Positions 20,899 to 30,602 of a DNA stretch of 64,000 nucleotides are shown here, one piece after another. The position numbers were made by a program, and so were the translations under genes. The stretch is from an uncultured Acidimicrobiales bacterium (lineage in GTDB: Bacteria; Actinomycetota; Acidimicrobiia; Acidimicrobiales; UBA10347). How positions within the stretch are numbered: the stretch's first letter is position 1; each line of letters opens with the position of its first letter. Under the pieces are notes generated by a model, which saw nothing but the letters and a program-made list of their open reading frames with translations, was not told the DNA's origin and ran no database searches. The DNA is taken from the NCBI GenBank assembly GCA_943788915.1, contig CALSSD010000007.1, positions 62,001-126,000 of the forward strand, given 5' to 3'.

Positions 20899-22077
20899 AT
20901 GGAGCAAACCTTGGATCTAGCCTCACCAGCATTCCTTGCTGATGTGCATGGCAGTCTCGACCGTCTCAGGAGCCAGCACTTCTTTGCTCGTGCAGCCAAT
21001 GGCGACGGGGTCTTCTTCAATCAGGCCGATGCCGCGTGGGTTATGCGTTGCGTCGACTTCCGCTTCACTTTCGTGGAGATCGACGACCAGACGAGCCCAT
21101 ATCTGGCCAAAGCGATACAACACGAACTGCTCAACATGCACGGCGAGGAACACAGCCGTATGCGCCGCCTCGTCTCCGCCGGTTTGCGTGACCGCGTCGA
21201 AGACGAACTCAAGGACCGCATCCATGCAATCGCCGACGAACTGATCGACGCGCTTCCCAACAGCGGTGTCGTCGACCTTTGTCGGGACTTCGCCGAGCCA
21301 CTGCCAGGACGAGTGCTTGGGCCGATGTATGGCATTCCGTATGACGAAGCGGTCGACTTCAACGCGTGGATACGCACTGGCGGCCGCAAGCTCGACGCCC
21401 TGCAATCAGGTGAACCGATCGGCGAAATCGAAGACGCAAACCGCAAGATGCACGACTACTTGCGAGAACTCTTGGCCGAACGCCGGACCTCGCTCGGCAC
21501 AGACATCTTCAGCGAGCTCATCCAGGCCGAGGTCGACGGCGACCGTCTGACCGAAGAAGAACTCGTGTATCTCGCTACCGAGCTGGCATCGGCAGGCGTC
21601 GATACAACCCGTGATCAGCTCCCACTGATTCTGCTGTCGCTGCTCACCCACCCCGAGCAGTACGACCGGCTGGCAAAGGATCCTTCCCTGGCACTTGCCG
21701 CGGTAGACGAGGGCATGCGATATGCGCCACTGCCGTGGGTCCTCCCCCACACCGCGGTGAACGACGTGCACTACAAAGGAATCGACTTTGTCGAAGGCGA
21801 CACGGTCCTGATCTTGGTGCCGGCAACAAATCGCGACCCCAACGTGATGGACGAGCCACACCGGTTCGACATCGACCGGCCACGAGCACGAAACTTCAGC
21901 TTCGGCCAAGGCGCACACGCCTGCCCGGCCGCACAACTTGCCCGCATCGAAATGGCGATCGCTGTGGAACGCCTGGTCACGAGAACATCGTTACAGCTTG
22001 CCGAAGAACCAGCACTCACCACATCGGGCAAGGGCCGCATCCCCACCTCGCTCCTCGCCCACATCACCAAGCACTAA
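20899..22077 (+). CDS. Cytochrome P450
   Basis: H.R.R, I-helix AGVDTT, EGMR (ExxR), NRDP, heme motif FGQGAHACPA. Confidence 0.93.
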   Translation: MEQTLDLASPAFLADVHGSLDRLRSQHFFARAANGDGVFFNQADAAWVMRCVDFRFTFVEIDDQTSPYLAKAIQHELLNMHGEEHSRMRRLVSAGLRDRVEDELKDRIHAIADELIDALPNSGVVDLCRDFAEPLPGRVLGPMYGIPYDEAVDFNAWIRTGGRKLDALQSGEPIGEIEDANRKMHDYLRELLAERRTSLGTDIFSELIQAEVDGDRLTEEELVYLATELASAGVDTTRDQLPLILLSLLTHPEQYDRLAKDPSLALAAVDEGMRYAPLPWVLPHTAVNDVHYKGIDFVEGDTVLILVPATNRDPNVMDEPHRFDIDRPRARNFSFGQGAHACPAAQLARIEMAIAVERLVTRTSLQLAEEPALTTSGKGRIPTSLLAHITKH

Positions 22078-22084
22078 CGAACAA

Positions 22085-22117
22085 ATAACGAACCGGTGCC
22101 AGGCACCGGTTCGTTAT
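22085..22117. repeat. REP-like palindrome copy 2 (33 bp, perfect apart from the central base)
   Basis: ataacgaaccggtgcc-a-ggcaccggttcgttat between convergent genes. Confidence 0.92.
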
Positions 22118-22122
22118 CGACG

Positions 22123-22607
<485 letters not shown>

Positions 22608-22710
22608 GTGATGTGTCTCCCGTTCTACGACGCAGAACCGCTGTCTGCGCCGTCCTTAGTATTCATCCCCACAAGGGTCGTGCCCAATATCACCGGCATC
22701 ACTAGTTCGG

Positions 22711-23400
22711 TCAGTCGACCTGGACCGGTGGTGTGGTTTCACTGAGCTGCGCCCACACGAACGAGTCGTCGAGCCCAATGACTCGCCCGTACCGTTCAGG
22801 ATGGCGAGCCGCACGAACGTTCTCAGGATGCGGCTCGGTCGGCTGCGCAACCGCGTGGGCGGGCCGGTCGAAGGTGGCCGGGTTCGTCATAGCCGCAAGT
22901 TCGTCGGTGGTGATGCCGCACAGGCCAGTTACCTCGGGATCGATCCACGCTGCAGGATCGATATTGGAACCGCATGCGACTTCGAGATTCAAACCTTCAG
23001 GGCCTTCGAAATAGATCGACTGCACGAAACCATGGTCGATCGGGCCAAGTACCTGGATACCTTTTGAGCGCAACCGATCACGCATCGTCAGCAGTTCGTC
23101 GAACGTGTCGACATGCATGGCGAGATGTTGCATAGTCCCACCACGGACCTCGCCACCAGGCCCATCGGCATGGCTCGCCCCGAACTCAACCTCGGCGCTG
23201 TTCTTGGGGTGTTGCACGAACGCGATGTAGCTATCCGGCGACAATTCGATGAAGCCGTGATAAGCGCCCTTGACACCATGCATCCAATACAACGCCTTGA
23301 GCGGCAGGCCCAACGCGTCGCACCAGAACGTCAGCTGACGTTTCATATCGGTTGTGGAAAGTGCGAGATGGTTGACACCTCGAGGATGAAGCGTGGACAC
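22711..23400 (-). CDS. VOC/glyoxalase family protein
   Basis: GVNHLAL, MQHLAMHV, IDHG..QSIYF.GPEGLNLE; GTG 23400 preceded by AAGGAG. Confidence 0.85.
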   Translation of the reverse strand: MSTLHPRGVNHLALSTTDMKRQLTFWCDALGLPLKALYWMHGVKGAYHGFIELSPDSYIAFVQHPKNSAEVEFGASHADGPGGEVRGGTMQHLAMHVDTFDELLTMRDRLRSKGIQVLGPIDHGFVQSIYFEGPEGLNLEVACGSNIDPAAWIDPEVTGLCGITTDELAAMTNPATFDRPAHAVAQPTEPHPENVRAARHPERYGRVIGLDDSFVWAQLSETTPPVQVD

Positions 23401-23599
23401 AGCGGCATCTCCTTGTGTTGGCAGCACCCAAGCTCACTCGGTCGAGAACACCGCTGTCAAACGAGCACCTGGCATACGAAGGGAGCGACCATCCAACGTC
23501 CAACCTCGAGGTGATTGTCCGGCACCGTCACCTAGCGTGACATCGCGTCAATGATCGAACTACCGGACCAAGGCAACAACGGACAACAATCGGAAAACC

Positions 23600-24463
23600 A
23601 TGACTATTCGAGTGCGAGAACTGGCTGGAGCTATCGGGGCCGAAGTGCACGGCCTTGATCTATCGGACCCCACTTTCGACGTGGCCTTGTTGCATGACCT
23701 GTTCGCGCAACATCATGCACTGTTCTTTCCCGACCAGGATCTGGAGGCTGCCGATTTTTTGCGGATCATGCAAACGTTCGGTGAACCACTGGTGCATCCA
23801 TACCTGAAGCCTTTGCCGGGTTACCCGCAGGTGCACGAGCTGCGCAAGACGCCCGCTGATGACGTGAACTTCGGCAATCTGTGGCACTCCGACTTCACCA
23901 ATCTTCCCCGACCTTCGTTGGCCAACGCCCTGTACAGCATCGAGGTGCCAACACACGGTGGGGACACACTCATTGCGAATACGTGCGCAGCGTTCGAAGC
24001 GTTGTCCGACGGGATGAAGGACATGCTCCGGGGTCTGAACGCGGTGCATGGTTTCTCCGAGAAATACAAACGGGATCTCGCCGACCAGACCGCACGCTCC
24101 GAAGATGTGGCCCGGGACGACGACGCGAGCAGCGAGTATCTCGACGCAGAACTCGAGGTACTTCATCCGGTCGTGCGCACGCATCCACCGTCGGGACGTG
24201 AGTCGCTCTATGTCAATGGTGGTTTCACACTGCGGTTCGAAAACATGACACCAGAAGAGAGCAAGCCGTTGCTCGAGTTCCTCTATCGCCACTGCGAACG
24301 ACCCGAGTTCGGCATGCGCTACACGTGGGCGCCGCGCACTCTTGGCATGTGGGACAACCGATCAACACTTCACTACGCATCCAATGACTACCCCGGTCAA
24401 CTCCGGGTGATGCACCGACTCGTGGTCCTAGAGGCCGACCGCCCCCAACCCGCTCGCCGGTGA
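23600..24463 (+). CDS. TauD/TfdA family 2OG-Fe(II) dioxygenase
   Basis: IGAEVHGLDL, WHSD, GGDTL, HPVVRTHP, WDNRSTLHYA. Confidence 0.93.
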   Translation: MTIRVRELAGAIGAEVHGLDLSDPTFDVALLHDLFAQHHALFFPDQDLEAADFLRIMQTFGEPLVHPYLKPLPGYPQVHELRKTPADDVNFGNLWHSDFTNLPRPSLANALYSIEVPTHGGDTLIANTCAAFEALSDGMKDMLRGLNAVHGFSEKYKRDLADQTARSEDVARDDDASSEYLDAELEVLHPVVRTHPPSGRESLYVNGGFTLRFENMTPEESKPLLEFLYRHCERPEFGMRYTWAPRTLGMWDNRSTLHYASNDYPGQLRVMHRLVVLEADRPQPARR

Positions 24464-24467
24464 CGGC

Positions 24468-25412
24468 TTACGCGTGGAGCTGTTGTTCGAGTGCATGAAG
24501 GTGGCGGTAACAGCTGATCACGTGGTGGACCGATGACTTGGGTTCGCGGCCCTCGTTGATTGCGGCGATGAACTCGCGTGATTCAAGTTCAATGCCATTC
24601 ATCGATACGTCGATATACGACACGTCGATCACTTCGTCTCGGCCCGTGATCAGGTCGTCGTAGTTGGCGACGTAGGTGCCGGTGTCGCCGATGTAGCGGA
24701 AGAAGGTTCCAAGCGGACCGTCGTTGTTGAACGACAACGACAGCGTCAGCAACGAACCACCCGACGTCTGCATCTGAATCGACATGTCCATGGCGATGCC
24801 GAGTTCGGGATGCAGCGGCCCTTGCAAGATGTTCGCAGCCACGATCTCTTCGCCGGTTTGGTACGCGAACAAGTCGATCGTGTGTGCCGCGTGATGCCAC
24901 AGTAGATGGTCGGTCCAGGTACGAGCTTCGCCAAGCGCATTGGTGTTTGTGCGACGGAAGAAGAAGGTCTGTACATCCATGTGTTGGATCGAGAACTCGC
25001 CGGCCTGGATCTTGTTGTGCACCCATTGGTGCGACGGGTTGAAGCGACGAACGTGGCCGACCATACACACCTTGCCGGTTCGTTTCTGAGTCTCAACGAC
25101 GGCTTCTGCATCGGCCAAGTTGTCGGCGAGCGGAATCTCGACGAGTACATGTTTGCCGGCTTCCATGCACGCGATTGCCTGACTGGCATGCATCTGTGTG
25201 GGTGTTGCCAAGATCACTGCATCGACTGTGTCGAGCGCCAACGCTTCGGCCAAGTCATCTGACCAGTGCGCGATGCCGTAGTCATTCGCCACCGCTTCTT
25301 GTGAGCCGCCAGGCCGGTCGATCACCGACACCACTTCGGCCCCATCGATCAGGGCAATTGCATCGAGGTGTTTGCGGCCGAAGGCGCCTGCTCCGGCGAG
25401 TGCGAGCTTCAT
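24468..25412 (-). CDS. ligC: 4-carboxy-2-hydroxymuconate-6-semialdehyde dehydrogenase
   Basis: MKLALAGAGAFG.KHL, TPTQMHA, RRFNPSHQW, WTDHLLWHHAAHT, SLSFNNDGPLGTFFRYI; pathway context. Confidence 0.92.
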   Translation of the reverse strand: MKLALAGAGAFGRKHLDAIALIDGAEVVSVIDRPGGSQEAVANDYGIAHWSDDLAEALALDTVDAVILATPTQMHASQAIACMEAGKHVLVEIPLADNLADAEAVVETQKRTGKVCMVGHVRRFNPSHQWVHNKIQAGEFSIQHMDVQTFFFRRTNTNALGEARTWTDHLLWHHAAHTIDLFAYQTGEEIVAANILQGPLHPELGIAMDMSIQMQTSGGSLLTLSLSFNNDGPLGTFFRYIGDTGTYVANYDDLITGRDEVIDVSYIDVSMNGIELESREFIAAINEGREPKSSVHHVISCYRHLHALEQQLHA

Positions 25413-25496
25413 AGGATCTCCTGCCAGGTTCTGTGCGAGCGAGGCTGCAAATCAACCCGGCCAGCAGCCGTCGGCAACGTATTTCAGTGCCGCGGT

Positions 25497-25507
25497 ATTG
25501 TCAACAA
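25497..25507. promoter_or_regulatory. Candidate GntR(FadR) operator ATTGTCAACAA
   Basis: TTGT-N2-ACAA inverted repeat in the ligC / oxygenase-tautomerase-ligI divergent region; similar box at 30536. Confidence 0.55.
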
Positions 25508-25605
25508 AATGGCCAAGAGACCGGCCAACAATCGAATTGTGGTCTCCTCAGAGCTGATCACGATTCGAACGTGCCATAGGATCAGGCGGTCCGAGCGACA
25601 TCTCT

Positions 25606-26377
25606 ATGAACGACATCATCAACGCCAACCACCGAATCAAGGATCCCGACTACGTCGCCCAGTGCCGAGCGCAGCTCGAAGCCGACGGAGCGCTCGTGCT
25701 CGACGGGTTCTTCTCGGCCGATGCCATCGAACAGATCGTCACCGAGTCGTTGGCCCAGCGCGAGCATGTTTTCTACGCCGGCTCGACCCACAACGTGTAC
25801 CTGACCGAGCCGAACCCTGATCTGTCGAAGGACCACCCGTTCAACCGCCAGGTCCTCAGCACCAAAGGGCTGATCGCAGACGACCAGATCTCGTTCGGCT
25901 CGCCTCTGCGAACGGTGTACGACGACCCTGCGTTTCGATCATTTCTGGCCGGAGTGCTCGGCATCAACCACGTCTATCCATACGCCGATCACGTGTCGTC
26001 GATCAATGTGCATTTCGCCGATGCTGGACGAGAACTCGGCTGGCACTTCGACAACTCAGCATTTGCCGTCACCATGTTGCTCCAGGCGCCCGCTGCCGGC
26101 GGCGTGTTCGAGTACGTCCCCGCCGTGCGCGACTGCCGAAGCCGGCGACATGGCCTTCGACAGAGTGGGTGCCGTGCTCGATGGCACCGAAGAGGTCCAA
26201 CGGCTGCACTTCACCCCAGGTGCGCTTGTGCTCTTTCGCGGCCGAGACGCTCTGCACCGGGTTACCCCGGTCGAGGGCGACACCACCCGCCTGCTCGTTG
26301 TGTTCGCTTACAACGAAGAACCTGGCATCACGCTGTCAGAGTCGGCTCGTACGACCTTCTACGGCCGAACCGCCTAA
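25606..26377 (+). CDS. BesD/ArpA-like 2OG-Fe(II) oxygenase (HxD type), 1-nt frameshift near 26134
   Basis: HNVYL, LGWHFDNS.FAVT.LLQ.P..GGVFEY in frame 1; after removing one base: VRDAEAGDM...PGALVLFRGRDALHRVTPV.G...R...FAY (stop 26377). Confidence 0.78.
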
Positions 26378-26421
26378 ACCCGGATATCGACATTCTTGGT
26401 GCCATAGGGCAGACTGCACCG

Positions 26422-27498
26422 GTGACCGACGGTGTTCCGTGCATGATCCTCCGCGGCGGATCCTCGAAGGGCGCGTACTTCCTGGCATCAGATTTACCGG
26501 CAGAACCGCGCCAACGTGATGAGCTGCTTCTGCGCATTATGGGGTCCCCCGATGCACGCCAGATCGATGGCATCGGTGGGGCACATCCGCTGACGTCAAA
26601 AGTTGCCGTAGTTTCACCTTCGCCTGACAACGATGCCGACATCGACTACTTGTTCTTGCAGATCAGCGTGGACGAAGCCCTCGTGTCCGACCGCCAGAAC
26701 TGCGGAAATCTCCTGGCGGGTGTGGCTCCTTTCGCCATCGAACGCAGCCTCTTCAAAGCCGAACCTGCGACCGGCGATCATGCTGTTCGGATCAAGATGC
26801 TTAATACCGACTCGGTCGCCACTGCCCGACTCAGCACCATCGATGGGGCTCCCATCTACGGCGGCACCACCGCCATCTCGGGTGTGCCTGGTACTGCGGC
26901 CGCTATCACGTTGGAGTTTCAGCACATTGCTGGGGGCTCAACCGGCGCCTTGTTACCAACGGGCAACCGGGTCGACGAGATCGAAGACGTTGCCTGCACA
27001 CTGATCGACAATGGCATGCCGGTCGTAGTGATGACCGCTGACCAGCTCGGTATATCTGGCTACGAGAGCTGCCACGACCTCGAAGCGAATGCGGTGCTAC
27101 GCACGAAACTCGAAGCGATCCGTCTAACCGCCGGTGCACGTATGGGCCTCGGCGATGTCACCACCACAACCGTGCCCAAGCTCACCCTGGTCGCACCGCC
27201 ACAAGCAGGCGGTCACTTGTGCACTCGCACCTTCATCCCCCACCGCTGCCATGACGCGATTGGCGTGCTCGGTGCGGTATCGGTAGCTACGGCTGCGCTG
27301 CTGCCGGGTTCGCCTGCCAATCACGTTCTGCACAACTTCGACGGCGATGTGGTGCGACTCGAACACCCCACCGGCGTCTTCGACGCAGTGATCGATATAG
27401 GTACCTCTGCAGACGGCACCATCCACGTCGAACGAGCCGGGATCATTCGCACCGCAAGAAAATTGATGGACGGCACCGTGTTCCCTCGAGACGAATAG
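26422..27498 (+). CDS. 4-oxalomesaconate tautomerase (PrpF/FldA/GalD/LigU family)
   Basis: CM..RGGSSKG, MGSPD.RQIDG.GG.HPLTSKVA, NCGN, DNGMP, H.AIGV.GA, EHPTG, RTARKLMDG. Confidence 0.92.
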   Translation: MTDGVPCMILRGGSSKGAYFLASDLPAEPRQRDELLLRIMGSPDARQIDGIGGAHPLTSKVAVVSPSPDNDADIDYLFLQISVDEALVSDRQNCGNLLAGVAPFAIERSLFKAEPATGDHAVRIKMLNTDSVATARLSTIDGAPIYGGTTAISGVPGTAAAITLEFQHIAGGSTGALLPTGNRVDEIEDVACTLIDNGMPVVVMTADQLGISGYESCHDLEANAVLRTKLEAIRLTAGARMGLGDVTTTTVPKLTLVAPPQAGGHLCTRTFIPHRCHDAIGVLGAVSVATAALLPGSPANHVLHNFDGDVVRLEHPTGVFDAVIDIGTSADGTIHVERAGIIRTARKLMDGTVFPRDE

Positions 27499-27506
27499 GC
27501 CTAACA

Positions 27507-28415
27507 ATGGCATCCACAAACCCGGCGCATGACTTCCCGCTTGAGCGCACGGTCCCTGGCCCACGACCCGAGGCCAGCTCTCCAACAGCCTTCACTCCTC
27601 CCTCGTTGGCGTGTGATGCCCACTGCCATGTCTTCGGCCCGGCGGGGCAGTTTCCGTTCTCCCCGAGTCGCTCGTACACCCCGCCCGATTCAGGCATCGA
27701 CGACTTCCAAGCGCTCCAAGCACGGTTGGGTTTGCAGCGAGCAGTCTTCGTGCAAGCCAGCTGTCATGGCACCGACAACGCAGCCATGATCGACGCGATC
27801 AGGCACGGCGATGGTCGGTACGCCGGCGTCGCCATGATCGATAGTTCCTACACAGACGACGATCTTGCCCATCTCCACGAGAACCAGGTGCGCGGGACCC
27901 GCTTCAACTTCGTGGCCCACCTTGGTGGCGCACCAGACCTCGACGAATTCTGGACGTTGGTCCACCGTGTCGCCGAGCTCGACTGGCACATCGTGCTGCA
28001 CTTCGACGCCAAGGACTTTGCCCACTACAACGGCCTGCTCGATGCCATGCCTGTGCCCTACATCATCGACCACATGGCTCGGGTCCCCGCCGAGGCAGGT
28101 GTGGCCCAGGAGCCGTTCCAGCAGCTGCTACATCGCCTACGCACCGACGAAAAGTGCTGGGTGAAGATCTCGTGCGCCGAACGTTTGACTCACGGCAAGG
28201 TCGCGCCGTTTGACGATGTCATTCCGCTGGCACAAGCAATCCTGGACACAGCCCCAGAGCGGGTCCTGTGGGGCACGGACTGGCCCCATCCCAACATGCA
28301 GACCATGCCAGACGAAGGCCAACTTCTCGATCTGCTCGCCCGGTTCGCTCCCGATGAAACACTGCGGAACCAGATCCTCGTAGACAACCCTCAGGTGCTT
28401 TATGACTTCCACTGA
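27507..28415 (+). CDS. ligI: 2-pyrone-4,6-dicarboxylate lactonase
   Basis: CDAHCHVFGP, VQASCHGTDN, RG.RFNF, IDHMAR, WGTDWPHPN. Confidence 0.88.
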   Translation: MASTNPAHDFPLERTVPGPRPEASSPTAFTPPSLACDAHCHVFGPAGQFPFSPSRSYTPPDSGIDDFQALQARLGLQRAVFVQASCHGTDNAAMIDAIRHGDGRYAGVAMIDSSYTDDDLAHLHENQVRGTRFNFVAHLGGAPDLDEFWTLVHRVAELDWHIVLHFDAKDFAHYNGLLDAMPVPYIIDHMARVPAEAGVAQEPFQQLLHRLRTDEKCWVKISCAERLTHGKVAPFDDVIPLAQAILDTAPERVLWGTDWPHPNMQTMPDEGQLLDLLARFAPDETLRNQILVDNPQVLYDFH

Positions 28416-28433
28416 ATCACAACCCAGGAAGAC

Positions 28434-28712
28434 CTGACCTCGGAAAACGCAACCCGGAACGGTCACCGCTGTGCCACGCAACGACATACTTTCTGACCGT
28501 TTTTGGGCCCGGTGATCGGCTTGTTGAAGTGACCTGGCCCGAGACTATGACTGTGGCCGGGCAGCCGTTCGTTCCGCGTTCGTTGCGCTTACATTCCGAA
28601 GACCTGGTCGAACGCGAAGCGAACCGCGGCGCCAAGGTGCGGCGCAGCAATGACCTACCATCTTCGGTCCGTCGTCGAAGCCCTCACCCGCTTGGGCGAT
28701 ACGCAGGCATAA
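28434..28712 (+). pseudogene. GntR (FadR/FCD) regulator pseudogene with frameshifts and a large internal deletion
   Basis: Cross-frame reading gives RNDILSDRF.PGDRLVE.DLARDYDCGRAAVRSAFVALT.EDLVEREANRGAKVRR (wHTH) joined to AAMTYHLRSVVEALTRLGDTQA* (FCD C-terminal helix). A CTG sits at the expected start after AGGAAG. Confidence 0.8.
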
Positions 28713-28740
28713 CGAACGGGTGCCTGGCACGGGTTCGTTA
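28710..28740. repeat. REP-like palindrome copy 3
   Basis: taacgaacgggtgcctggcacgggttcgtta. Confidence 0.9.
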
Positions 28741-28745
28741 GTTGG

Positions 28746-29451
28746 TTACAGGCGGTCGACGTATTCAACGCCGAGCTCGGCCAGCTTGGCCCGCAGGCCG
28801 TAGAAGTCAACCCCGAGTTCGCCGGCTTCGAGCATGGCCCGGGTCTGGTCTTCTTTCGCCAACCGCGCCTGTGACCGTTCGAGCGCCCAGTCGGCTTCGG
28901 CCCGTTTGACCACGACCACGCCGTCGTCGTCCGCGCAGATGACATCGCCGGGGGTAATGATCTCGCCCCCGAGCGTGATGGGCACGTTCACCGAACCGGG
29001 CGTTGCCTTGACCGTGCCTTGGCACGAGACATGACGAGTCCATACGGGGAAACCCATCGCCCGCAGGTCCGCGGTGTCACGCACCGCAGCGTCGGTCACG
29101 AGACCTCGAACGCCTCGCACCATCAGCGAGGTCGCAAGAAGATCACCAAACATGCCGTGGGTCGATGGCGCCGTGGTCGCAACCACCAGCACATCGCCGG
29201 GCTGACAGACCTCGACCGCGGCATGCAACATCATGTTGTCGCCTGGATGGCTGAGTACCGTGACGGCCGAACCGGCGATACGAATGTCTTGCTGAATGGG
29301 CCGCAACTCCGCACCAAGGTAACCACGGCGTCCGATCGCCTCGTGCACCGTCGCAGTGCCAATAGGCCCGAGTACGTCGACGGTCGCTGCCGTGGCTCGG
29401 TCTATCTCGCGCACCACAACATGGCGGCCGAAACTTGGCTTCTGGGCTCAT
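28746..29451 (-). CDS. ligK: 4-carboxy-4-hydroxy-2-oxoadipate (HMG/CHA) aldolase
   Basis: GTATVHEA.GR, PGDN.M.H.AVE, GMFGDLLATS, GTVKATPGSVN, DDDGVV. ATGA-coupled ATG 29451 is one base out of frame; the in-frame ORF starts at GTG 29417. Confidence 0.93.
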
Positions 29452-30476
29452 TGTGCGATCTCCAGCCGAGGGAAAACTCTGCGGGCATTGTCTTCGAAGA
29501 TGACCTGTTTTGTTGCGTCGTCGACATCGACCCCGTTGACCGTGGCGTTATCGATGTAGATCTTCGTGTCGTCGTAGTAGTTTCCGGTTTCGGGATCGAT
29601 TCCCCGTACGGCGCCGACCATCTCCGAGGCAAACAACACGTTCTCGGTCGGCACGACCTCGAGCAGCAGATTGATGCCAGGCTGGTGGTACACGCAGGTG
29701 TCAAAATAGATGTGGTCGAGCAGGCCGTCGAAGTCCCAACCCTTGTCGGCGGCCATGCCTTTGAAGCGGCCCCAGTGGTATGGCACTGCGCCGCCGCCGT
29801 GGGGGATGATCCACCGCAGCCCTGGGAAATCAGCCATGAACCCTGAGCTCAACGCCTGCATGAATGCTGTTGTGTCTGCCCCTAAGTAATGCGAGCCGGT
29901 CGAGAAGAAGTTGTCGTTACACGACGCCGACACATGAATCATGCCGGGTACATCAAGCTCACACATCTTCTCCCACAACGGCCACCAATACCGGTCGTAG
30001 AGCGGAGGGCCAGTCCAGAAACCACCGCTTGGATCCGGGTTAACATTGCAGCCAATAAAACCCATCTCGTCGACGCACCGCTCAAGTTCGCGAACGGAAC
30101 TATCGATCGCGACCCCTGGTGATTGGGGAAGCTGACATACGGGTGCGAAGTTGTCGGGGTACAGGTCGCACACCCGGCGAATGAGCTCGTTTTGATGTTC
30201 GGACCAAAACCGCGATGTGTGCTCATTGCCGATGTGATGGGCCATCCACGATGCGCGGGGCGAGAAGATCGTAAGGTCGGCGCCCCGTTCCTGCTGCAAC
30301 TTGAGCTGGGCCGATTCAATGCTGTCGCGAATCTCGTCGTCGGACACCACCATGGTGCCCTTGTCTCCGACGAAGGCAGCGTCGTCAGCAACTGCTTGCT
30401 TCTGCCCTTCTCGCCACTCGCCAACACCAGGCGGTGTCGTCGTGTAGTGACCGTGGCAGTCGATAATTCGTTGCAT
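29448..30476 (-). CDS. ligJ: 4-oxalomesaconate hydratase
   Basis: IIDCHGHYTT, FSPRAS.M.HH.G, CQLPQSPG, NPDPSGG.W, IPHGGGAVPYHWGRF, FDTCVYHQPG, FASEM.GAVRGIDPETG. Confidence 0.95.
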   Translation of the reverse strand: MQRIIDCHGHYTTTPPGVGEWREGQKQAVADDAAFVGDKGTMVVSDDEIRDSIESAQLKLQQERGADLTIFSPRASWMAHHIGNEHTSRFWSEHQNELIRRVCDLYPDNFAPVCQLPQSPGVAIDSSVRELERCVDEMGFIGCNVNPDPSGGFWTGPPLYDRYWWPLWEKMCELDVPGMIHVSASCNDNFFSTGSHYLGADTTAFMQALSSGFMADFPGLRWIIPHGGGAVPYHWGRFKGMAADKGWDFDGLLDHIYFDTCVYHQPGINLLLEVVPTENVLFASEMVGAVRGIDPETGNYYDDTKIYIDNATVNGVDVDDATKQVIFEDNARRVFPRLEIAQ

Positions 30477-30535
30477 TCGGTGCCCTTCCGCTCGCCCGCA
30501 GACCACACATATCGCTAAGGTCGGGAGCGATTATG

Positions 30536-30551
30536 GGATTGTTCACAATCC
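30536..30551. promoter_or_regulatory. Candidate GntR(FadR) operator GGATTGTTCACAATCC
   Basis: 7-2-7 inverted repeat between divergent ligJ and pobA. Confidence 0.65.
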
Positions 30552-30602
30552 GGTCGACAGTCTGACACACTGCTTTCTTTGGCACGCAACAAGGACAGAC
30601 AT

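Noticed and set aside
23527..23541. GTCAC-N5-GTGAC inverted repeat between the VOC and TauD genes
   Set aside because: Short enough to occur by chance, with no adjacent regulator to link it to.
25606..26377. Possible BesD-type radical halogenase
   Set aside because: The metal motif is HFD (carboxylate ligand present), which indicates a hydroxylase.
25606..27498. 630-aa ORF suggesting a 2OG-oxygenase/PrpF fusion
   Set aside because: A 1-nt shift near 26134 moves the oxygenase into the tautomerase frame. The oxygenase C-terminus is in another frame with its own stop at 26377.
28434..28712. Possible RAYT transposase remnant next to a REP-like palindrome (TYFLTV-like peptide)
   Set aside because: No HUH motif; the region is explained much better as a GntR pseudogene.
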